The notes beneath the pieces are model-generated. The model saw only the letters and a program-made list of their open reading frames with translations, made no database searches and was not told the DNA's origin. Below, piece after piece: positions 55,753-64,000 of a DNA stretch of 64,000 nt. The number at the start of each line of letters is the position of its first letter. The stretch's first letter is position 1. Source of the DNA: a virus (Duplodnaviria; Caudoviricetes); IMG/VR virus record IMGVR_UViG_3300046786_000293, positions 256,001 to 320,000 of that record, one strand, 5' to 3'. The position numbers and the translations under genes are program-made.

Positions 55753-56656
55753 TTTCTTTTGCGGCGGTCAATGCTTCTTCTGCTGCCTTCTTTTGTGCCT
55801 CTAATGCAGCCTTACCTTCGGCACTATTGGCATCTACACGCTTTAGACCTTTACGCTCTAATGCAGCCAAGTCGCCTTTGAATTCATAGTGTCCAATGTG
55901 ATTCAATAGTACACGACTGTCGGCCCAAATATCCCCGCCCATTGCTTGCCAACGACGGCAGAATGTCCAGTCTTCGCTCAAGTAGTGACCACGTTCGTCA
56001 ATGATAGTATCAAAAATACTATACATAAATGGTTCAAACTGCTTACCAAGACCAATATCATCAACATACTTGCACTCGGGGTGTGCGGCGATTAGTTTTT
56101 CATAAACGTGTTTCTTGAACAACAAGAATCCTGTACCTTGTGTGTCGACTTGAAAAATAGGACCTTCGATTCGTCCGCCATTCTTCAAATTAATAACATA
56201 GTCAATAGGTAGGCTCTTCTTAGGATATAGTCCACCAATCACATCTTTATCTGCGGCAATCATACCAAAGATTGCTTCAGGTTCAAAACGAATGTCTGCA
56301 TCAATAAACATAAAATGTGTAGCTTGTGCATTAGTCATCATCTTGGCACATAGGTTGTTACGTGCTCTAGTCACCAATGATTCGTTAACCATGGTGTCTA
56401 AACTCCAATTAAGACCAACTTTTCCAGCTAACAAAGTAAAACGCAAGAAACTAGTCATTGTTGGTTCACTAACCATACCACCGTAGCAAGGTACTGCAAA
56501 GTGGACATGAACTTTACTAAAGTCAAATTGTCCTTGTTGTACTTGCGCCTGTGTTTTAGCCAATTGTGGTACTGGCATAATAGGTTTAGTTAGTTTTGGT
56601 GCAGGTTTATTTCCGCTAGATTGGGGCGTAACTTGTTTTGGAGTATTATTGCTCAT
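55733..56656 (-). CDS. GT-A fold glycosyltransferase-like protein
   Basis: VPCYGG, RARN, FMFIDADI (DxD), GTGFLL, SEDWTFC, HIG. Confidence 0.8.
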   Translation of the reverse strand: MSNNTPKQVTPQSSGNKPAPKLTKPIMPVPQLAKTQAQVQQGQFDFSKVHVHFAVPCYGGMVSEPTMTSFLRFTLLAGKVGLNWSLDTMVNESLVTRARNNLCAKMMTNAQATHFMFIDADIRFEPEAIFGMIAADKDVIGGLYPKKSLPIDYVINLKNGGRIEGPIFQVDTQGTGFLLFKKHVYEKLIAAHPECKYVDDIGLGKQFEPFMYSIFDTIIDERGHYLSEDWTFCRRWQAMGGDIWADSRVLLNHIGHYEFKGDLAALERKGLKRVDANSAEGKAALEAQKKAAEEALTAAKENAEQSA

Positions 56657-56676
56657 TGATTTCTTTCTTAAAATGA

Positions 56677-56844
56677 TTAGGCTGGTTGAATTTCTACAAT
56701 AATGCCTGAGCCTGCCAGTTCTTCGGCTACAGCATTAAGACTTTCTAGCATTTCTGCTGTAATGATACCTTCATCGGATGAAGATTGATCTTTAACTAGT
56801 TTACTAAAAGTAATTACTAATGATTCTGATTGAATTTTAGCCAT
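56677..56844 (-). CDS. 55-aa hypothetical protein (not in ORF track)
   Basis: MAKIQSESLVITFSKLVKD...VAEELAGSGIIVEIQPA*; TATAAATA at 56867-56874. Confidence 0.7.
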   Translation of the reverse strand: MAKIQSESLVITFSKLVKDQSSSDEGIITAEMLESLNAVAEELAGSGIIVEIQPA

Positions 56845-56869
56845 ATAGGATCCTTGAATATGCTATTAT

Positions 56870-57628
56870 TTATAGATCGGGATTACTTAGTTTATAAATT
56901 CCGGCAATGCATTCGGGTGCTATTAGATTAATAAAAGTTACAATTTTTTCATCTTTGGCATAAAAATATCCGCCGGGGAACCACATATGATTGCTACCTA
57001 AATGTTTTACCAAACTTTTAGTAAGGCATACTTCGTCGTCGCCAAGATTGTACAAATAGTCTAATAGAGTCCGTTTAGTTTCGACGTCTTTAATTTTATT
57101 TTCCCTAAGCATAATTTTATATTGAAATTCGGGATAACTCTTAAAGATAATCTCTCCTCGATTTAATATTTCTATACTTTTTTCATTTGCAGGAGAATGT
57201 ATTTCTTCAACTCTTTCGGGATAGTTTTTCACTAATAAACAGTACAATAGTTCTTGATCATTGCAATAAACTGATAAATTAGGTTCCTCTAATCTAAGTT
57301 TAATTGAACCTTTTAGTGCATTTCTAATAGATATCCAATATTCAAGTTGATCTATTCTTGCATGAACTTTCAAATATTCTACACGTCTTTGAGTATAACT
57401 ACTAGACCAAGATCCAATTCTATAATTAGCAGTTGACTCCAATAAGTTTATTCGTTGATTGAGTAGATGTTCTACTCCTTTATACAGAATTTTATTGTCG
57501 TTTATAATTCTACACCCAGGTGTATGAACTACTGCTTTGTATAGATATTGATTAAAAAATTTCTTTTTTGTCTCTATACATTTAACAGTTGGATTTAATT
57601 GCGTCCAGAACGATGTATCCATTTTCAT
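56870..57628 (-). CDS. Hypothetical protein
   Basis: 252 aa; ends YFYAKDEKIVTFINL, similar to the array-family motif. Confidence 0.7.
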   Translation of the reverse strand: MKMDTSFWTQLNPTVKCIETKKKFFNQYLYKAVVHTPGCRIINDNKILYKGVEHLLNQRINLLESTANYRIGSWSSSYTQRRVEYLKVHARIDQLEYWISIRNALKGSIKLRLEEPNLSVYCNDQELLYCLLVKNYPERVEEIHSPANEKSIEILNRGEIIFKSYPEFQYKIMLRENKIKDVETKRTLLDYLYNLGDDEVCLTKSLVKHLGSNHMWFPGGYFYAKDEKIVTFINLIAPECIAGIYKLSNPDL

Positions 57629-59876
57629 CCGTTAACGATTGTGTAGGGAAAACTATGTATTCGTTTTCTTTAATTTCAAATTCTAATTTATCTTTATAGT
57701 CAACATTAACTAAACAGTTAGCAACATTTTCAAATAGAATCTTTTTACTCAAAGGCACTTTAATTAGTTCGTTAATCTTTCGACCCAACGGACGAGCACC
57801 CATTTTACTATCATACCCTTGACTAATGATATAATCTGTAGCTGCTTCTGACAAAGTAACACGTATACGTTTATCGCTAAGTAGTTCATTCATTTCACTA
57901 ACAAACTTATAAACAATCTTACGAACATTAACAGAATCTAGTTTGTTAAACTTGATAATACCATCTAATCGATTACGAAACTCTGGCTTAAAGAAATCTT
58001 TAACAGCCTTGTCATCTTCACCTGTCTTCTCTAGACTACGACCAAAACCGATACTGTTGCGTTCGTTGTCAGCGGCTCCTAAGTTACTTGTTAGAATAAC
58101 TACAGCATTACGGCAATCTGCCTTCTTGCCGTTGCTACTAGTAATCATGCCCTCATCCATTAAACTAAGAAGCAAATTGCTAACATCCGGGTGGGCTTTT
58201 TCAATCTCGTCGAAAAGAATAATACAATTAGGATTCTTTTCAACATCACTAATAAGCAATCCGCCGCCTAAATTACCATCATCATAGCCGATATACCCGG
58301 GGGGAGCGCCAATCAGTTTTGCAACCGAGTGGCGTTCTTGGTACTCACTCATGTCATATCTTAATAGTTTCATCCCGAGATTCTCTGCCAGCAACTTTGC
58401 TAGTTCAGTTTTACCTGTGCCAGTTGGACCTAAGAATAGGAATGATCCAACCGGTTTATTCAGTGCTTTAAGGCCAGCACGTGACACATAAATTTTATCC
58501 AGCACATCTATTACAGCCTGATCTTGTCCGTAAAGTTTACCTTTAATATTACCTTCAAGGTCTCCTAGATTTTTAACTGCATCAGTGTCTAATTGTTCTA
58601 CTGGAATTTTAGTAAACTTACTTAACGAATCGATAATATGACTCTTACGAACCACAAACCCTGTAGTGGAAATTTTTAGTTTAGCAGCCGCAGTATCAAT
58701 TAAATCAATGGCTTTGTCGGGTAATCTCTTATCTGTTTGATAACGAACACTAAGATCCACTGAGGCATCGATTGCTTCGTCGCTGATATCGCCGCCATGA
58801 AATTCTTCAAAATACTCTTTAAGTCCTTTAAGAATCTGTTTTGCAACTTCTGGTGTCGGTTCCTCTACAGTCATACGATAGAAGCGACGCATCAATGCAC
58901 GGTCCTTTTCGAAGCTTTGACTGTATTCTTCCCAAGTGGTGCTAGCAATAACTTTAACGCGGCCCTTAGTTAATGCAGGCTTAATAATATTAGCAAAGTC
59001 TGGCCCGCTTTGGCTACCACTACCAGCGCCTCGCATAGTATGTGCTTCGTCGATAAACAAAATGGCTTTACCTTTGGCATTTAAAGCCTTGATAATTTCT
59101 TTAATTTTTTCTTCAAAGTCTCCGCGATATTTACTACCTGCAAGAATACTGCTAATATCTAAATTATATACTGTGTGATCTTTAAGATATTCAGGTACTT
59201 CACCTTTAGTAATATTAAGGGCAAGTCCTTCTGCAATTGCAGTCTTACCTACACCAGGATCGCCGACCATTAGAACGTTACTCTTATTGCGCTTGGCTAG
59301 TACCTGTGTAATTTCGTCGATTTCGTTATTACGACCAATGATGGGATCAATACGACCTTGTTCTGCTGCATCGTTCAGGTTATCGCAGTATTCTTCTAAA
59401 ATAGTATCTGCTGTGCTTCTGGTTTTCTTTTTAGTTTTGTTTTCTGCAAAATTCTTATTCCAAAAGTTAACAACTTTGGCTCGTTCTAGTCCAAATCTAA
59501 CTAACAGATATCGAGCATAACTCTTATCTTCTGCCATAATACTAAGGAATAAGTCAATAGTTTGCAAGTTTTGTCGTCCACTAAACAGGACTTGTGTAAA
59601 TGCTCTATTAAACACACGTTCTAAACTGTGCGTTTTTTTCGGAACAATGTCGTATCCTTTACTAATTAGAAATGTTTGAGTAGTTAAATAATCATCTATT
59701 TCTTTTATAAGTAGATCTACATCACAACCAAAGTTGACTAGTATTTCTTTAAAGGACTCATTAGTAACCATTGCATGAAGCAAATGTTCTAACGTCACAT
59801 ATTCGTGGTTTTTATTGGCTGCATATTGTGTAGCCGATTCGATCATTAGATCAATCTCTGGACTTGTTTGTAGCAT
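57582..59876 (-). CDS. clpA: ClpA/ClpB family AAA+ chaperone (ClpA-like, no middle domain)
   Basis: Clp N-domain (HEYVTLEHLL), GDPGVGKT/FIDE, GPTGTGKT/LFDE, FKPEFRNRLD, GARPL. Confidence 0.92.
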   Translation of the reverse strand: MLQTSPEIDLMIESATQYAANKNHEYVTLEHLLHAMVTNESFKEILVNFGCDVDLLIKEIDDYLTTQTFLISKGYDIVPKKTHSLERVFNRAFTQVLFSGRQNLQTIDLFLSIMAEDKSYARYLLVRFGLERAKVVNFWNKNFAENKTKKKTRSTADTILEEYCDNLNDAAEQGRIDPIIGRNNEIDEITQVLAKRNKSNVLMVGDPGVGKTAIAEGLALNITKGEVPEYLKDHTVYNLDISSILAGSKYRGDFEEKIKEIIKALNAKGKAILFIDEAHTMRGAGSGSQSGPDFANIIKPALTKGRVKVIASTTWEEYSQSFEKDRALMRRFYRMTVEEPTPEVAKQILKGLKEYFEEFHGGDISDEAIDASVDLSVRYQTDKRLPDKAIDLIDTAAAKLKISTTGFVVRKSHIIDSLSKFTKIPVEQLDTDAVKNLGDLEGNIKGKLYGQDQAVIDVLDKIYVSRAGLKALNKPVGSFLFLGPTGTGKTELAKLLAENLGMKLLRYDMSEYQERHSVAKLIGAPPGYIGYDDGNLGGGLLISDVEKNPNCIILFDEIEKAHPDVSNLLLSLMDEGMITSSNGKKADCRNAVVILTSNLGAADNERNSIGFGRSLEKTGEDDKAVKDFFKPEFRNRLDGIIKFNKLDSVNVRKIVYKFVSEMNELLSDKRIRVTLSEAATDYIISQGYDSKMGARPLGRKINELIKVPLSKKILFENVANCLVNVDYKDKLEFEIKENEYIVFPTQSLTDENGYIVLDAIKSNC

Positions 59877-59884
59877 AAAAATAT

Positions 59885-60709
59885 TTACCGCTGAGTTGTT
59901 ATTGTATAAATTAACTGTTTTTGATCTTCTGTCAGGTTAGTGGGAATTTTTATATTCACAGAAATGTATAAACTACCTTTAATATCATTCTGGAATCCGT
60001 TTAATCCTTCTCCAGAAATCTTTAATTTTGTTCCATGTTGGCAACCTTGCGGAGTTTGAATTATAAATTCTTTACCATCGAGACCTACAACAGTTTGTTC
60101 ACTACCTAGTATAGCCTGAAAACAATCTATTGTCAAGCTAGTAATTAAATCCAATCCGCTTACTTGAAAAGCAGGATCTGCCATAACTTGAATTATAATA
60201 TATAAGTCGCCCCTGGGCAAGTTATCAAACATGTTGTCTCCCATTCCGGGATACTTCATAGTTGTGCCACTGGTAATACCTTTAGGGACAACAATATCTA
60301 CGTTTTGTCTAGTGCCGTTTGCTGTTTTAATACTTAGAGTTTTATTTTGATCTGTTAATGTATCTCTAAGAGTAATAACTAATTCGGACTTAATATCTTT
60401 GTTTCTGCGCGGTGCAGGCGGTTGCCTACGACCAAACATATCAAATCCAAACTGAGCGAAAATGTCTTCCATATTTCCATTATTAAAATTAAAATGGAAA
60501 TGATTTGGCCCCATTTGTTGAACAGGATTATCGTATTCTGCTCGTTTTTGCGAATCACTTAATACACGATATGCTTCTTCTACTTGTTGGAATTTGGCCG
60601 TATCGCCACCCTTGTCAGGATGATGCTGACTAGCTAACTTTCGATAAGCACGTTTAATTTCGTCGGGTGTTGCAGTTTTGGATATGCCCAAAACTTCATA
60701 ATAATTCAT
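59885..60709 (-). CDS. DnaJ/CbpA-class co-chaperone (no Zn finger)
   Basis: YYEVLG, HHPDKGG (HPD), DnaJ C-terminal domain (PRGDLY). Confidence 0.92.
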   Translation of the reverse strand: MNYYEVLGISKTATPDEIKRAYRKLASQHHPDKGGDTAKFQQVEEAYRVLSDSQKRAEYDNPVQQMGPNHFHFNFNNGNMEDIFAQFGFDMFGRRQPPAPRRNKDIKSELVITLRDTLTDQNKTLSIKTANGTRQNVDIVVPKGITSGTTMKYPGMGDNMFDNLPRGDLYIIIQVMADPAFQVSGLDLITSLTIDCFQAILGSEQTVVGLDGKEFIIQTPQGCQHGTKLKISGEGLNGFQNDIKGSLYISVNIKIPTNLTEDQKQLIYTITTQR

Positions 60710-60715
60710 ATGTAT

Positions 60716-60753
60716 ATTATATAGCGAAAAAAGGCAGTGGTCAACTGCCTTTT
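60716..60753 (-). terminator. Rho-independent terminator whose loop contains the -35 of the DnaJ-gene promoter
   Basis: AAAAGGCAGT-TGACC-ACTGCCTTTTTT; TTGACC (60739-60744)-17 nt-TATAAT (60716-60721). Confidence 0.75.
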
Positions 60754-60774
60754 AAACCTAAGTACAAGAAAGAA

Positions 60775-60978
60775 TTATTTCTTGCCGTCAGGTACTTTTT
60801 CGCCTTCTACCTTTTTGTGAACTTTGATAGTCTTGCAAACTTGCTCGGGCTTGCCGTCTTTGCCGTTTACAACTTTACCGGCTTTGTCTTTTTTGTCTTC
60901 GCAGACTTTCTTTTCTTCACCTCCGGCAAAGGCTGTTGATGCAAGTGCTAATGTTAATAGTGCGATTAAATGTTTCAT
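60775..60978 (-). CDS. Small secreted, Lys-rich protein
   Basis: Signal peptide MKHLIALLTLALASTAFA; two Cys. Confidence 0.75.
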   Translation of the reverse strand: MKHLIALLTLALASTAFAGGEEKKVCEDKKDKAGKVVNGKDGKPEQVCKTIKVHKKVEGEKVPDGKK

Positions 60979-60991
60979 TTTATTTTCCTTA

Positions 60992-61546
60992 TTAAATTAA
61001 TGGTTGTTGTTCTTCTGGAACAATTTTCTTACCGCTGGCTGTAAATGCCGGTTGTTGTGCCGGGAAATTATTTCCAAACCCACTTCCGTTTCCCAAAGGT
61101 TGTGAGCCAAAGGAATTAGTGACTGGTGCTGGAGAACCGAATCCTCCTGCTGCCGTAGAGCCAAATGCTGAAGCCCCGCCTGATGAAAAGGATGTTGCTG
61201 AACCATTTCCAAATCCTCCACTGGTTGGTGTAGTAGGTGCAGGAGGTTTATCCCACCCTTTGTTTGCTGCTGCTAAGGCCTGCTTTTGAGCATCTTTATC
61301 GCCGCCCGCTAGCATAATACCAGATAGTGTACCTGTCAAGAATGTAGCAATAGGAACAATTAATTCAAAGAATTTTTGGTCTATTGGACTTATGGCATTA
61401 AGTGGCTGTGTTACAAATATTAATGAATATAACACGACAAAAACAATACCAGTTAATGTCATTGCAAGACAAACTCCGATAAAGAATTTTAGACGAGCCA
61501 TTAACTGCTCTTCTGTATAGATAAATGGTGTTGTATTATTTTCCAC
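60992..61546 (-). CDS. Two-TM membrane protein with a Gly/Ser-rich tail
   Basis: GTG start after GGAG; ARLKFFIGV...; FLTGTLSGIMLA. Confidence 0.7.
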   Translation of the reverse strand: MENNTTPFIYTEEQLMARLKFFIGVCLAMTLTGIVFVVLYSLIFVTQPLNAISPIDQKFFELIVPIATFLTGTLSGIMLAGGDKDAQKQALAAANKGWDKPPAPTTPTSGGFGNGSATSFSSGGASAFGSTAAGGFGSPAPVTNSFGSQPLGNGSGFGNNFPAQQPAFTASGKKIVPEEQQPLI

Positions 61547-61835
61547 AATTTGCTCCTTGGATTGTTGCGGGGGCACATGCCGGCGCAGTCGAAATATTAG
61601 TTGTTTGAGTCGGTTCATCTTTTGGTAATCCTAATCTTGGGTCCCTTTGACCTTTAAAAATATGCTCAGGACAAGTTCTTGTCACATCGCATTTTGGTTT
61701 TTGACAAAATTCTTTATCCCAGTTTTCAGGGTCCTGACAAGGATATCGAAATCTGTCGCCGCTGCACATAGCCATGCCAATTGGTAATGCCAGTAATACT
61801 AAAAGGTACTTAACTAGCTTATGGTCATCGTTCAT
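61536..61835 (-). CDS. Membrane-anchored Cys-rich protein (possible lipoprotein)
   Basis: Hydrophobic N-terminus; DRFRYPCQDPENW...C....C.....C. Confidence 0.7.
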   Translation of the reverse strand: MNDDHKLVKYLLVLLALPIGMAMCSGDRFRYPCQDPENWDKEFCQKPKCDVTRTCPEHIFKGQRDPRLGLPKDEPTQTTNISTAPACAPATIQGANCGK

Positions 61836-61858
61836 AGTTAACTCCCTGCCCTTTTTTA

Positions 61859-62197
61859 TTATACATCTTTAGATCCTATTTTATTATTTAAATATTTGTC
61901 CATGATTGCGTTACCTACCCATATGGCCATATATCCTGTAAAATACCATTCTGTAAATTTATCATCTAATATTAAATAGACAAATCCCCAAGTACTAACA
62001 ATCCATGCTCCTAAACGTGTAAATTTCTTTTCGTCCAAATGGCCGTCTTTACAAATAAGGTCTTTAAGATCTACCCTACTTTGACTGTCTTTGTGCCATA
62101 GGTATAATAGTGCTAGTAAAAAAAATACAACAATAGCAAGCACAGCGCTCATACTAAGATGCATTTTAGATATTGAAGCCCAATCTATGTTAAACAT
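61859..62197 (-). CDS. Holin-like membrane protein
   Basis: Three hydrophobic segments, located in the lysis cassette. Confidence 0.5.
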   Translation of the reverse strand: MFNIDWASISKMHLSMSAVLAIVVFFLLALLYLWHKDSQSRVDLKDLICKDGHLDEKKFTRLGAWIVSTWGFVYLILDDKFTEWYFTGYMAIWVGNAIMDKYLNNKIGSKDV

Positions 62198-62205
62198 TTG
62201 TATTA

Positions 62206-62469
62206 TCAGTTTTTATTAAATATTTTTTTTTGTTCAGCATACCAGTCTTGCCAGCCGTGTGTTTTTTCAGCACACTGATAATATGTGGCGTAATTTTGTA
62301 TTACTACTTTTAACATTTCTCTCAGTGAATTTTTTCCGTCATCTACGGTTAGCAGATCTGGGCAACGTTCTAATAGAATTTGCGGAGCAACAGGAAAGTC
62401 TTGCTTAACAGGGACCACTGTAGAACAAGCACTGAAAAATAACACACAAACTAGAACCAAGTATTTCAT
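62206..62469 (-). CDS. o-spanin-like lipoprotein
   Basis: Lipobox FSAC, P..LLERCP..L; overlaps the i-spanin gene. Confidence 0.7.
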   Translation of the reverse strand: MKYLVLVCVLFFSACSTVVPVKQDFPVAPQILLERCPDLLTVDDGKNSLREMLKVVIQNYATYYQCAEKTHGWQDWYAEQKKIFNKN

Positions 62470-62960
62470 TTGCTTGCCCCTTTGCGTTGTTCTTCTATAA
62501 TTTTATTCATGCGGGCTGCTTCATTGTGAACATCGATTGCTTCTTTGGGAATAGGACAAGTCTCTTCGAATTTCACTATCTCTTTAACCCTGTCAACATA
62601 TTGAACAATGGTATCCGCTTTTTCTTTAATTACTTTTGTCTTTGTAACAACTTTAGTTTCTACTACCGTATTGACTTTAGCAGATTCTTTTTTTGCTTCC
62701 TCTAATTGTGCTTCTACTTCTTTGACACGTTCGCGCCATTCCATTTCGGTACTATAACCACCTTTAAGATATAGTCCAGTGGCTAAAATTATTACACTAA
62801 CGACTTGTAAAAGTAAATGATAATTTGCCAGTACTGGAAATAATCTTAGTAATCTATTAAGTACAAAAAATGTTAAAATGGTACTTATAATACCGATAAT
62901 CAATATAGTGTTAACTATAAAGAGCAAAAAGCTGTCAGGCAAAAAGTGCAGGATCCACAT
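62466..62960 (-). CDS. i-spanin-like inner-membrane protein
   Basis: N-terminal TM segments, periplasmic coiled coil, C-terminal CPIP..A...HN.AA. Confidence 0.7.
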   Translation of the reverse strand: MWILHFLPDSFLLFIVNTILIIGIISTILTFFVLNRLLRLFPVLANYHLLLQVVSVIILATGLYLKGGYSTEMEWRERVKEVEAQLEEAKKESAKVNTVVETKVVTKTKVIKEKADTIVQYVDRVKEIVKFEETCPIPKEAIDVHNEAARMNKIIEEQRKGASK

Positions 62961-63599
62961 TTAATGTGCTCCGAGAACGTGTAAAGCGTGATTGTAATGT
63001 TTTATGCGATCTTCTAATCCGATAGTTCCGCCATTGATACGCTTAGTTAATGTTAAGATGTCGCCTTTGTCAGCCCACTGATTTAAGTTATTAGCTTCCC
63101 AAAACCAAGCTGCACTTTGCACACAGCCTTCGAATGTTGTTAAATGCTCTGAAGCTTCTTCAACAGTTTGCTCTGTAGATTGGGCATAACGTGTATAGTT
63201 ATCTTTGCCTGTTAATTGAATCAGTCCTCGACCACAATAACGATATCCGTCACCGCTTTCTTCGGGCCCATTGCCCATACGATTGGCGTATATACGATTG
63301 GCAATAGCTTCTTGTTTGTTAGGCTTGGCACAATATTCTTCTGCTAGTGCGTCAGTGGGAAAGTATTTTGCAAATAGTTTGCGTAATGTCGGTGGGCGAT
63401 AGTTTAAGTTTTCTTTAATAGCTCTAAAGCTGCCCGACTCATGGGCACATTGCGCTAAAAATGCTGCAACACGCTCTTTAGTATCAATATCGTAGTCTGG
63501 CAAAATTATGCATAATGCTTCGTACCAGTGATCTATATAAGGGTTGTTTGGAACAATTTGTTTTAATTGGGCTAAGGTAAATTCAAATTTGAAGCTCAT
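62961..63599 (-). CDS. Glycoside hydrolase family 19 endolysin
   Basis: FLAQCAHESG, ENLNY, YANRMGNG, YCGRGLIQLTG..NY, TKRINGG..GL.DR. Confidence 0.93.
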   Translation of the reverse strand: MSFKFEFTLAQLKQIVPNNPYIDHWYEALCIILPDYDIDTKERVAAFLAQCAHESGSFRAIKENLNYRPPTLRKLFAKYFPTDALAEEYCAKPNKQEAIANRIYANRMGNGPEESGDGYRYCGRGLIQLTGKDNYTRYAQSTEQTVEEASEHLTTFEGCVQSAAWFWEANNLNQWADKGDILTLTKRINGGTIGLEDRIKHYNHALHVLGAH

Positions 63600-63644
63600 T
63601 CATATCTCCGTTGACATGAATATTTATCGAATTTTTGGTAAAAT

Positions 63645-64000
63645 TTACTTCAACCCAGCAGCCACTCTTAGACTTTCAGTAAAATCATTAACTGGGGCTT
63701 TTTTGTTCATTGGAACTCTTGCGGTTTCTTTCATTGCGTCAATTTCGTCAGATTCTACTTCATCTGTTTCACCAAATTTAGCAACATATGCTTCGGGGCT
63801 AGTTGGAACTATACGATTTATGTTCTCGACGGTGAGGTCATATTCTGAACTATCTTTACGATATTGGAACTTCCACTCGGATATTTTTTGATCTGTTAAG
63901 TTCAAAATGTCTTTTATTAAAGTTTGAATGTTTTTTGCAGATTTCATATCTCTTGCTAGTTCTGCAAAAACTAGATATTCGCCGTCTTCTAATTCACCTG
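63645..64000 (-). CDS. Hypothetical protein, 5'-partial (frame open to the window edge)
   Basis: No stop upstream of the tracked ATG: ...GELEDGEYLVFAELARDMKSAK... Confidence 0.7.
   Translation of the reverse strand, partial: GELEDGEYLVFAELARDMKSAKNIQTLIKDILNLTDQKISEWKFQYRKDSSEYDLTVENINRIVPTSPEAYVAKFGETDEVESDEIDAMKETARVPMNKKAPVNDFTESLRVAAGLK

Noticed and set aside
1112-63891. Plus-strand ORFs and alternative-frame minus ORFs in the track (e.g. 13046-14194, 11277-11765, 14437-15021, 47193-47762)
   Set aside because: They lie antisense to, or inside, well-supported genes and have no recognisable motifs or RBS; treated as shadow ORFs.
1-64000. Stop-codon reassignment, seen in some large phages
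   Set aside because: Conserved enzymes (PolB, ThyA, ClpA, FolE) are full length under the standard code, and genes end in TAA, TGA and TAG.
1-64000. tRNA genes
   Set aside because: No cloverleaf with a GTTCGA-type T-loop found by eye in the few intergenic gaps; a tRNAscan-SE run would be needed to exclude them fully.

Overview
64 kb segment of a large, T4-like/jumbo dsDNA phage genome (Caudoviricetes). The two-component spanins and lipoproteins suggest a Gram-negative host. Standard genetic code. Essentially every gene is on the minus strand; only a partial gene at 1-229 is on plus. In transcription order (right to left): a lysis cassette (GH19 endolysin, spanins, holin-like protein); DnaJ and ClpA-like chaperones; a block of large, probably capsid-packaged modular proteins punctuated by (V/L/I)-x-E sites and a DNA-level 'GVAE' repeat; Dps; family B DNA polymerase and sliding clamp; a 7-deazaguanine DNA-modification region (DpdA, FolE, QueD, QueE, YhhQ, a QueD-like T-fold protein, no QueC in the window) interleaved with sugar-modifying enzymes; RNase H; a MoxR AAA+/vWA-metallopeptidase pair; a tandem array of small paralogous genes joined by a 15-nt repeat; DHFR/ThyA; and nucleotide-sugar genes. 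The most notable signals are (1) the deazaguanine plus amino-sugar/glycosyltransferase cluster, (2) a preQ1-I-like riboswitch fold in front of phage queD, (3) the protease-punctuated cargo polyproteins, (4) the translationally coupled small-gene array and (5) an unassigned structured RNA at 43776-43857. All functional calls come from motif recognition by eye; no database searches were run.
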